Below, piece after piece: positions 9,798-18,589 of a DNA stretch of 64,000 bases. A program made the position numbers and the translations under genes. Source of the DNA: an uncultured Phycisphaerales bacterium. Lineage in GTDB: Bacteria > Planctomycetota > Phycisphaerae > Tepidisphaerales > Tepidisphaeraceae. The stretch's first letter is position 1; each line of letters starts with the position of its first letter. A model generated the notes under the pieces. That model was not told the DNA's origin. It made no database searches and saw only the letters and a program-made list of their open reading frames with translations. The DNA is taken from positions 4,672,001 through 4,736,000 of the forward strand of contig CAVWLP010000002.1 in the NCBI GenBank assembly GCA_963755915.1, given 5' to 3'.

Positions 9798-10814
9798 TTA
9801 CGCCGCTTCGGCCTGGTGCTCGCCGAGGCGGTTGTGGATGGAGATGAATTTTTCCTCGGTCTGTAGGAATGCGTCGACGAGATCGGAATCGAAGTGGGTG
9901 CCTGATTCGCGGACGATGAGGTCGCGGGCGATGTCGGGGGTGAAGGCGGCTTTGTAAACGCGCTTGGAGGTGAGCGCGTCGTAGACATCCGCCAATGCCA
10001 CGATCCGGGCGCAGAGGGGAATCTCGTTATCGTGGAGGCCGTGCGGATACCCCTGGCCGTCCATGCGTTCGTGATGATAGGCGGCGATATCCCGGCCCAT
10101 TTCCAGGAACTTTACGCCGGGAAATTCGCGCAGGGCGGCGTCGAGGGTTTGAGCGCCGATGCTGGTATGGGTTTTCATGATTTCGAACTCCCGGTCGCTC
10201 AGCCGCCCAGGCTTCAGCAGCACCGAATCCGGAATCCCCACCTTCCCAATGTCATGCAGCGGGCTGGTCATGTAAATAAGTCGCGCATATTCCGGCGTAA
10301 TTTCCCTCCGATATTTTTCCACCGCCCCCATGTGCTGCGCGAGCACCCGGCAATAGCTCCGCACCCGCTCCAGATGAGCCCCGGTCTCCGGATCGCGGCT
10401 TTCCGCCAGTTTTGCCATCGCGAAGATCGCTACGTCACGGGTTTCCAGAGAGAGCACCCGTTCCGCGGTGCCGATTCGGGCCAGGAGCTCAGACGTAGTA
10501 CACGGCTTGGAGACAAATTCATCCGCCCCCGCGCGAAGTCCTTCCACCCGTGCTTCCGGCGTGTCCCGGCTGGTTAGAAGAATCACATAAACATATCCGC
10601 CAAGCTGCTCGGCGCGAACCGCTTTGCACAGTTCCACGCCGCTCATCTCCGGCATTTCCCAGTCGGAAAGAACCAGCCGGCACGATCCTTCCCGGATATG
10701 GCCCAGGGCTTCCGTCCCGGTGCGCGCGGTCACGACTTCGTAGCCGGCGCTCACCAGCGCCTGCTGGAGCATCAGGAGGGAGATTTCATCGTCGTCGGCA
10801 AGGAGAATTCGCAT
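9798..10814 (-). CDS. Response regulator with HD-GYP c-di-GMP phosphodiesterase domain (RpfG-like)
   Basis: REC (ILLADDD, SDWEMP, KP); RDPETGAHLERV, LHDIGKVGIPD, HHERMDGQGYP, ADVYDALTSKRVYK. Confidence 0.93.
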   Translation of the reverse strand: MRILLADDDEISLLMLQQALVSAGYEVVTARTGTEALGHIREGSCRLVLSDWEMPEMSGVELCKAVRAEQLGGYVYVILLTSRDTPEARVEGLRAGADEFVSKPCTTSELLARIGTAERVLSLETRDVAIFAMAKLAESRDPETGAHLERVRSYCRVLAQHMGAVEKYRREITPEYARLIYMTSPLHDIGKVGIPDSVLLKPGRLSDREFEIMKTHTSIGAQTLDAALREFPGVKFLEMGRDIAAYHHERMDGQGYPHGLHDNEIPLCARIVALADVYDALTSKRVYKAAFTPDIARDLIVRESGTHFDSDLVDAFLQTEEKFISIHNRLGEHQAEAA

Positions 10815-10849
10815 GAAGTCCCTTTAATGCGGTTGAAAACCAAAACGGA

Positions 10850-11245
10850 TCATGCAGCCCCCCCACCGCTTTTGGCGGTCGCCGGCGAGGAATTTTGCGA
10901 GACTTGCCGGCGAATGTTGGGAAGCTGCTGGATGCATTCATCAACCTGCTGCGAAAGAACGGCGAGGGCGGATTCGAGTTTGCCGAGTTCGCACCCGCGT
11001 CCAAGTTTTTCCAGTTCCGCGGCGGCGTTTCGGATCGCGTCAGCGCCGACCATCCCGGCAGACCCCTTGAGCAAGTGGGCGAGCCTTGCGCACTGCTCGG
11101 CGCTCTGCGGGGGACTCTGTTGGGCGAGACCCTGCCGTATGTCGGCCAGAATCGTGGCCGACTGCCGCTCGAACTTCTCCAGTATCGACAAGGCGAGGGG
11201 GGAGCTTCCGGAACATCGTTCCAATAAGAGACCGATGTCAATCAT
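10850..11245 (-). CDS. Stand-alone Hpt phosphotransfer protein
   Basis: AHLLKGSAGMVGA..I...A.ELE motif. Confidence 0.88.
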   Translation of the reverse strand: MIDIGLLLERCSGSSPLALSILEKFERQSATILADIRQGLAQQSPPQSAEQCARLAHLLKGSAGMVGADAIRNAAAELEKLGRGCELGKLESALAVLSQQVDECIQQLPNIRRQVSQNSSPATAKSGGGAA

Positions 11246-11251
11246 GCCGGA

Positions 11252-14041
11252 CTAATCGGCGCGGTTATCGGCAGCGGGGTGCGGCGGCGATTTATCGGAC
11301 AGGAAAGACCAGACGACGTCGAGCAGTTCGCGGGGCTTGAAGGGCTTGCTGCAATAGCCGTCCATGCCGGCCTCCTGGCAGCGGGCGCGATCGGCGCCGG
11401 AGACATTGGCCGTGAGGGCAATGATGGGGATTGGGCGGGTGGGATTGCCGGTGGTGGTTGATTTGCGCTCGTGCTCGCAATGGCTCGCGCGGCTTCGATG
11501 CCGTCCATGTTGGGCATCTGGCAATCCATGAGGATGAGGTCGATTCCACCCGCGATGGCGGCGTTTACGGCGCTGCGGCCGTCGCCCACGATTATCGGAT
11601 GAAAGCCCGCGCTCTTAAGGAAGTCATCGGCGACGATCTGGTTGATCTCATTGTCCTCGGCTACGAGGATGCGGAAATTGTTGGGGCGGGTGGAATCGCG
11701 AGGCGTATCCGATACCGATTTTACGGACCGATCGATTCCCGCTGCGGCGGCGATCGCCTGGAGAAGCTGGGCGCGGCGAATGGGCTTGAGGATCGTCGCC
11801 GCGATGTTGGAGGGGTATTGGTCTTCGACGGCGAGGGAGTCTTCGGCGCTGGTCATCAGCACGCAGGGGATGCGCGTGGAAGAGAGGAGTTTTGAAATTC
11901 CTTTGGCGTCGCGGTCGATGAGGATGAGTTGGATGGGTGGGGAGCTGGTTGTCAGGACGGAAATTGCGTGGTCGCCGTCGGGTGCGGAAGTCGGAGCTGT
12001 CCTGGTTTCTTTGAGGTATCGAGAGACGATTTCGTTGATGGTGGGATTTGGGATGACGGTGAGGATACGCATTGCTTTCAGGGGTTTGGGGATTGACGGG
12101 GAAGGGTGCGGAGCCGCGGTGAGGTTGGCGTTGAACCAGAAGGTGGAGCCGCGGCCGACTTCGCTGGCTACGCCGATGGTTCCGCCCATGAGTTCGGCGA
12201 GTTGCTTGGAAATGGCGAGGCCAAGGCCGGTGCCGCCGTATTTGCGGGTGGTGGATGCGTCGACCTGGGAGAAGGATTTGAAGAGGCGGTCGAGGCGCTC
12301 GGGGGGGATGCCGATGCCGGTGTCTGAGATTTCGAAGTGGATTGTGGCTTTTGTGGGATTCGTGCCCCCACCCATCGTGCCGAAACCACCGGAAGAGGAC
12401 AGGGAGGGTTCCCCCGGAGTACCAGGGGAGGGGATAATAGGAGAAATCTCAGGGGTGATGCGGACGATGATCTGGCCTTTTTCGGTGAATTTGATGGCGT
12501 TGCCTACTAGATTCAGGAGGATTTGGCGGAGGCGGGTGGGGTCGCCGGTGACGGTGACGGGGACTTCGGCGGCGATGTCGCAGGCGATTTCGACGCCTTT
12601 GCGAAAGGCTTTGCCGGACATCAGCTCGACGACGTCTTCGGCGACGGCGTGGAGATTGAAATCGACGGATTCAAGTTCGAGCTTGCCGGCTTCGATCTTT
12701 GAGAAATCTAAAATGTCGTTGATGAGCGTGGTGAGAACCTCGGTGGAGGTCTTGACGAGCTGGGTGTAGTGGCGCTGGCGTTCGTTGAGATTGGTGCCGA
12801 GGAGAAGATTGGTGATGCCCAGGACGCCGTGCAGGGGCGTGCGGAGCTCGTGGCTCATGTTGGCGAGGAACTGGCTCTTAGCGCGGCTGGCGGCCTGGGT
12901 TTCCTCGACGAGGCGCTGAAGCTGCCGGCGGGTGCGGAGTTGGAGCACCATGTCGTTGAAGGCGGAGGCGAGCTCGCCGATCTCGTCGCGGCGGGTTACG
13001 ACGATGGAGGAATTCAGATCGCCCTCGGCGACGCGGCGCACGCCTTCGCCGAGGTCGTGCAGAGGGCGGACGATGGGAACGGTGACCACGAAACTGAACA
13101 GAACGGCCAGGAGCGTTCCGCAGACGGCAGTGATCAACAGATTTCGCAGCATCGTGGCGCGAATGGCAGCCTCCTCGCTCTGATTGCTGAGAATAAGCAT
13201 CGCTGCGACCTGGCTGCCCGAAGAAGGGTCGATGACCGGATCCAGCGCCGCGCGATAATTTGCGACGCCAAGGCTGAGAGTGAATGGAGCTTCCATCGGC
13301 CACGCGCCGGTTTTGTACGATTTGAGTAATTCAGGTCGCACCGCGGAGGGCAGACTGCACGCGAAAAATTGAATCGGCAGAGAGAAAGCCAATCTCGCAA
13401 TTATGGCTGAGGCCCAGATCGGAGGCGAGCTGGTCGGTCCAGGGCGTCGCGAGAAGCATTGCGCCGCTGGGGGATTCTTCCGGATCGTTAGGGTCGCCAA
13501 AAATTAGCGGCATGGCGACGACCTGATAGAGCTTTCCGCGATAAGCCCACAGACCGGTTTGGGCGGTGGCCCGGGCGGCGCCGCTGGCCTGGAATACGTT
13601 GCGGACGACCGCGAGGGCCGCGGGATCGTTGGCGAAAAATTGAGAGAGGTCTTTCAGGGAGGGCCAGGGTGAGGCGGCGTTTTGGGCAATGAGCGTGCCG
13701 CGGTCGTCGAGAACGCAGGCGAAATCGACGTCGAGGGTTTGCGACAGGCTGTCCAGACGCTCCTGTAGGCTGGCGATGTTTTCGCTGGAGACCTCGTAAT
13801 TGTGCTCGGCGATGAGGGCGCGGAGCTCGGGAATGTTCATCACGATCGCGCCGGCCTGGCGCATGCGGAGGAGGCGCTCGGACTGGAGGGTGTGAAGGCT
13901 CTGGCGCATGCCGGCGAAATTGGAATCGCTCATCCGATCGAAGCTGGCGTGGATGGTGTGGAGGAATGGCCAGGCCATGCCGGCGACGAGCAGAAGCACG
14001 ACGGCGGCCCACCAGAGGAGAAGTTTGTTGCGAAGGCGCAT
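11252..14041 (-). CDS. Membrane hybrid sensor kinase (periplasmic Cache-like domain, HAMP, HisKA, HATPase, two REC); frameshifts near 13365 and 11475
   Basis: Three ORFs join: 13331-14041 (TM plus periplasmic domain), 11242-13500 (FLANMSHELRTP, NAIKFT, DTGIG, GGTGLGL, REC) and 11252-11524 (PIIALTAN...GMDGYCSKP). Confidence 0.88.
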
Positions 14042-14052
14042 GAAGTTTGTGG

Positions 14053-14862
14053 TCAGTTGGAGGGAGCCGGCTCGGAGGCGGGGTGGGCGTCCGGAATGAC
14101 CGGGAGATTGAGTTGTTCGCGTTTTACGCCCAGGCCGCGGTCGATTCCAGTGTAGCCCTGGTGGTCAGGGGCATCGTTATCCATGATGGCGTCGCGACTC
14201 GCGGCGAGGTGGAATGCGATGCCGTTCACATCAGCGCCGGCGACGTCAATCGGCTGGCGGATTTCGTCGCAGCGGTCGTGCCAGGCGACGATCTGGTAAT
14301 GCCCGGGCGGGACGTTTTTGATCTGGAAATTTCCCTGCGAATTGGCGCGGGCGAAGTAAGCGTTGGGGGTTACGAAGATGATGGCGCGCATGAAGGGGTG
14401 AATGTTGCAGAAAAGCTGAACGACGCCGACTTTGTCGAAGGTCTTGGTTTTGGAAAAGCCGTAGGGATAGCGATCGAGATCGAATGCGGGGGCGGCGACG
14501 GACCGGCTGAAGACGTTGTGATAGAAGTGGTCCCAGTTGGGGAAATCGACCTGGGCGCCTTTTGGGATGGCGATGAAGTTTGGGACGAAGGCGCGGTTGT
14601 GCTGGGCGACTGTGAAAGGTTTGGGCGGCGGCGGCACGGAATCGAGCGTAGGATCGGAGCCGAGATAGATAACGACTCGAGATGGGTCCGGCTTCTGGAA
14701 GGAAAGGAATGATTGGAAATCGACCGTACCGCTGACAGTGACTCCGCTGGGAGCAGTCGATGGGGCCAGGACCGTTGCCGGCTGCGTGGCCGGCTGCTCG
14801 AGTGCCAGCGCCGCGAGGGTTGTCGAGAGGGCGATGATGACGATCAGGGTGATTTGCCGCAT
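14053..14862 (-). CDS. Secreted cupredoxin-like (type-1 copper) protein with carboxypeptidase-regulatory-like domain
   Basis: Signal peptide; F.N.D...HNVFS and FCNIHPFM (His/Cys/His/Met ligand set); GNFQIKNVPPGHYQIVAWH. Confidence 0.8.
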   Translation of the reverse strand: MRQITLIVIIALSTTLAALALEQPATQPATVLAPSTAPSGVTVSGTVDFQSFLSFQKPDPSRVVIYLGSDPTLDSVPPPPKPFTVAQHNRAFVPNFIAIPKGAQVDFPNWDHFYHNVFSRSVAAPAFDLDRYPYGFSKTKTFDKVGVVQLFCNIHPFMRAIIFVTPNAYFARANSQGNFQIKNVPPGHYQIVAWHDRCDEIRQPIDVAGADVNGIAFHLAASRDAIMDNDAPDHQGYTGIDRGLGVKREQLNLPVIPDAHPASEPAPSN

Positions 14863-14881
14863 AGGGTCTCCATCGTGCCGG

Positions 14882-16000
14882 TCAGTAAGCGAAAGTCAGG
14901 TGGATTGAGATGGCGTCGGTGCCGCCGAGGGCGTTGCTCTGGTCGTGCCGGTATTCGCCGCGGATTTCCGCGCCGGGAAGAATTTCATAGGCGAGTCCGC
15001 CGCTGATTTCGTGGGCAACCTGGGTAGCGCCGGTGACGAGCCACTGTGGATCGTTCAGATAACTGAAACGAGCGAAGGCGCGGAATTTGTCAGTGATGTT
15101 GTAGTTGGCGAGGACGAGGAATCCGTTCCAGGCGGGATGGTCGGGGCTGGCGCCCTGCATGGCGAGAAGTCCCTCGGCGGCGAGGGTAAGGGCTTTTGTG
15201 GGCTGCCAGGTGACATGGGCGTCGGCGAAGTAGAAGGTGCCGCCGGTGCTGGCGTAGCCGATGTTTGGGCCGGTCCAGTTGTAATAAGGATATTCGTCGG
15301 CTTCATAGTAGCTGTAGGGCGCGCCGACAAATCCGGGGGCGATCCAGTTGGTGAAAGCGATTTTTAGAGCTTGAGTGGGGCCGTATTCCAGGATCGCACC
15401 GCCGGAGGGCGATTGATCGAATTCGGATTCTCCGTCGAAATTATTCGCGATGAAGGGGCGCAGGGTGAGGCCGGTGTTGCCCAGCGGCTGCGTGATCATG
15501 ACGCCGATAAGGTCTTGCGGTTCTGCGCCGAAGAGAAGACTTGCGGTTCCGCCGAAGCGGTCCCACTCGTCGCGCGGCTCGACGCCGATGTTGGCGTTGA
15601 ACTTGCCGACGGTAACGAGAGTTCCCAGGGATGGGAAAACATTGGCGGAGACGAATGCCTGTTCCAGGAAACCGCTGACGCTGTTCTGGTCGTCGATGAG
15701 GTGCATCTCCGCCGTGGCAGCGATGCGATCTCCGATGCTGGCCGTCCCCGCGAGGGCGACATCACCCAGCCAATAGTCTTTGTAATCGTCGCCGCTGTTG
15801 TGCAGATAAGAGAACCATCCCCACGCGTTGACCTGGAGGTATTGCTGCACATCGGTTGGCAGAAGGTTTTCGAGGGCCGGCTTCGAGTCGAGATCATCGC
15901 CTTCGGTTTGAGCCAACGAAGGCGCCGCCATGGCCACCAGGACCGCGGAAATCAAGAGAAGTTGAAATTTGAACTGCCGTACAAACAACATATTTTGCAA
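14882..16000 (-). CDS. Outer-membrane beta-barrel/porin (BBP2-like)
   Basis: Signal peptide; LEQAFV, VGKFN..IG.E; amphipathic strands; C-terminal aromatic residue (LTFAY). Confidence 0.75.
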   Translation of the reverse strand: MQNMLFVRQFKFQLLLISAVLVAMAAPSLAQTEGDDLDSKPALENLLPTDVQQYLQVNAWGWFSYLHNSGDDYKDYWLGDVALAGTASIGDRIAATAEMHLIDDQNSVSGFLEQAFVSANVFPSLGTLVTVGKFNANIGVEPRDEWDRFGGTASLLFGAEPQDLIGVMITQPLGNTGLTLRPFIANNFDGESEFDQSPSGGAILEYGPTQALKIAFTNWIAPGFVGAPYSYYEADEYPYYNWTGPNIGYASTGGTFYFADAHVTWQPTKALTLAAEGLLAMQGASPDHPAWNGFLVLANYNITDKFRAFARFSYLNDPQWLVTGATQVAHEISGGLAYEILPGAEIRGEYRHDQSNALGGTDAISIHLTFAY

Positions 16001-18589
16001 TCATGCCGGCCTCGCCAGGGATCGGACTGCGGGAAGAATACCCATTTTTAAAAGGGGCTGGATCTTCTCTTCGGGCATGGGCCCGCCGAAGAGAAAGCCC
16101 TGCATGCAATCGACATCAACATCGCGGAGGAGCTGGCGATGCTCTTCCGTTTCGATCCCCTCGGCAACGACCTTGAGGTTGAGACTCTTCGCCAGCGTCA
16201 CAATGGCGCCGATGAGCGGCCTGTGGGTCGAGTTGAGATCACCCCCACCAACCATCTCGAAGAAAACGTGGTTGATCTTGAGGGTCTGGAGAGTGAGGCG
16301 CTGGAGGTATGCGAGAGAGGAATAACCGGTGCCGAAATCGTCGATCGCGACGCTGACGCCGCGCTCATGCAGGGTGGCGAGCTTGCCCATCGCATCGCGC
16401 ATGTTTTTCATGAGGATGCTTTCGGTGATCTCCAGCTCCAGCCAGGGCTCGGCGCAGCCTGCGATTTCGAGGGCTGATTCGACGGTCTCGACGAAATCGG
16501 CCTGCGCGAACTGGAGCGCGGAGACGTTGACGGCCATGCCCTTGGGGGCGCAGCCGATCTCCCGCCATTTGCGGTATTGGCGTGCGGCTTCGTTTAGCAC
16601 CCAGGCGCCGATGGGGAGAATCAGGCCCGTATCCTCAGCAAATGGAATAAACGCGGAGGGGGAAACAAGCCCGAGCGTCGGATGCTGCCAGCGGACGAGG
16701 CCCTCGACGCCGACGATTTTTCCGGAGGGATCGACGACTGGCTGGTATTCGAGTCGAAGCTCGTTGCGCTGGGTGGCGTAGCGGAGTGCGTTTTCCAGTT
16801 CGAGCCGCGCCACGATTCCCTCCCCCATTTCCGGAAGGAAAACCAGCGCCGTGTTTCGGCCGGCCTCCTTGGCGCGGTAGAGGGCCAGGTCGGCATTTCG
16901 CTGGAGGGAGGCGGAATCGGAGCCATGCGCGGGGAAAACCGCGGCGCCGATGGTGACGGTCACAACCAGCTCCCGGCCGCGCAGGTCGATCGGGCGCTTG
17001 AAGGCGTCGACGAGATCCCGGGCCACGACCTCCGCATCCGCGGCGCTGGCCAGATTGCCGAGGATGGCGGCGAATTCGTCGCCCCCCATCCGCGCCAGTG
17101 TGTCGGATGTGCGCAGCCGCTGGCGAAGCCGCTCGCTGACCTGGCAGAGCAGTTCGTCGCCGTTATGGTGGCCGTAGGTGTCGTTAACAAATTTGAACCG
17201 GTCGACGTCAACCAGCAGGACCGCGAGCGGTTTGTTCGTACGGTTGGCGGCACCGAGAGCCTGCTCCAGGCGGTCGTTGAAGAGAATGCGATTGGGCAGG
17301 CGCGTGAGGGCATCGTGATGCGCCTGGAAGGTAAGCTGCTCGGTAAGCTGGCGATGCTCGTGCGCCAGGCCGGCCAGTTCGCTGGCCAGCTTCAGCATTT
17401 CGATGGCGGAGGTACCGGGCCGCTGCTTGTCGCGCAGATAGATGAAAAATGCCCCGGCCGGCTCGCGGTGGCGCGACTGGATCAGCATCGCCCAGCAGGA
17501 GCGGATTCCCTGGTCCGCCAGGTGCGGACGCACCGGAGCCCACACGGAATCCTCCATCACGTCGCAGACGATGATTCGATCGTGCTGGTTGGCGGAGAGG
17601 CCAACGAGCCGGGCGATGATCTCGGGAAGTTTTGTTTCGATCGCGGTGGACAGAGCCGTCGGCAGCTTCGGCGCCAAGTGCGTATGCGGCGGGGTTATAA
17701 GGCCAATCGCGGCCGAGGCGGCCTGCGGCTCCTGCGCATGCGCCGCATCGACCAGACGATTCAGCGTGTCCAGCAGCGGGCGCCCTGGGCGATCATCTCC
17801 AACGCTTCGGCACGCACCTCCTCGCGATATTCCATCTGCTTGCGCGAGGTAATGTCGCGCAGACGCCTGAAACTCGCCCGGGCTCGTGCCGGCGGTGTGC
17901 AGAACGCGCCGGCAGGTCGATTCGAGCCATACATATTTGCCGTCCGAGCGGCGGAAGCGGAATTCGATCTGGCCGGTTTCGCCGAGGTTGGCCTGGCCGC
18001 TATAACATTTTTCCAGGGCCGCTTTGTCTTCGGGATGGACGAAGGCGCTGAGGTTCATGCCGACCATCTCTTCAGGCGCATAACCAAGAATCGCGATCGA
18101 CGCGGGTGAGACGTACATGAACGTGCCGTCGAGCGACTGCCGGGATATCACGTCCGAAGAATTTTCCGCCAGGATCCGGAACCGCTCTTCCTTTTGCGCG
18201 AGCAGATCGATCAGGTTTTTGGTGTGAAGCGAGTATCGCACGCGGGCGCACAGTTCCGCCGGGTCGAAGGGCTTGGTGACGTAGTCGGTCGCGCCCATCG
18301 CCAGTCCGCGCAGCTTTTCGTCGGTGGAGGAAGCGCCGGTGAGGAAGACGACGGGAATGTCGGCTGTGTGGGCATCCGCCTTCAGGCGCTTGCACACTTC
18401 GAACCCATCGACGCCAGGCAGATCGACGTCCAGAAGAATCAAGTCCGGCCCGATCTGCGACGCGGCCGCCTGGGCGCGCTCGCCGTCGGCGCAGGAGAAG
18501 AAGTCGAGCGGTTCCCTCGCCAGCCAAACCCGCACGAGCTCCTGAATATCTTCGGAGTCGTCAATGATGAGCAGTTTTTGGTTTGGCAT
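16001..18589 (-). CDS. REC-PAS-GAF-GGDEF-EAL diguanylate cyclase/phosphodiesterase
   Basis: REC; PAS (RFRILAENSSDVI...YVSP..WLE); RTSD I-site plus GGDEF; EGL, DDFGTGYSSL, EGIE. A compensating frameshift pair at about 17780-17860 hides DITSRKQME. Confidence 0.93.
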   Translation of the reverse strand: MPNQKLLIIDDSEDIQELVRVWLAREPLDFFSCADGERAQAAASQIGPDLILLDVDLPGVDGFEVCKRLKADAHTADIPVVFLTGASSTDEKLRGLAMGATDYVTKPFDPAELCARVRYSLHTKNLIDLLAQKEERFRILAENSSDVISRQSLDGTFMYVSPASIAILGYAPEEMVGMNLSAFVHPEDKAALEKCYSGQANLGETGQIEFRFRRSDGKYVWLESTCRRVLHTAGTSPGEFQASARHYLAQADGISRGGACRSVGDDRPGRPLLDTLNRLVDAAHAQEPQAASAAIGLITPPHTHLAPKLPTALSTAIETKLPEIIARLVGLSANQHDRIIVCDVMEDSVWAPVRPHLADQGIRSCWAMLIQSRHREPAGAFFIYLRDKQRPGTSAIEMLKLASELAGLAHEHRQLTEQLTFQAHHDALTRLPNRILFNDRLEQALGAANRTNKPLAVLLVDVDRFKFVNDTYGHHNGDELLCQVSERLRQRLRTSDTLARMGGDEFAAILGNLASAADAEVVARDLVDAFKRPIDLRGRELVVTVTIGAAVFPAHGSDSASLQRNADLALYRAKEAGRNTALVFLPEMGEGIVARLELENALRYATQRNELRLEYQPVVDPSGKIVGVEGLVRWQHPTLGLVSPSAFIPFAEDTGLILPIGAWVLNEAARQYRKWREIGCAPKGMAVNVSALQFAQADFVETVESALEIAGCAEPWLELEITESILMKNMRDAMGKLATLHERGVSVAIDDFGTGYSSLAYLQRLTLQTLKINHVFFEMVGGGDLNSTHRPLIGAIVTLAKSLNLKVVAEGIETEEHRQLLRDVDVDCMQGFLFGGPMPEEKIQPLLKMGILPAVRSLARPA

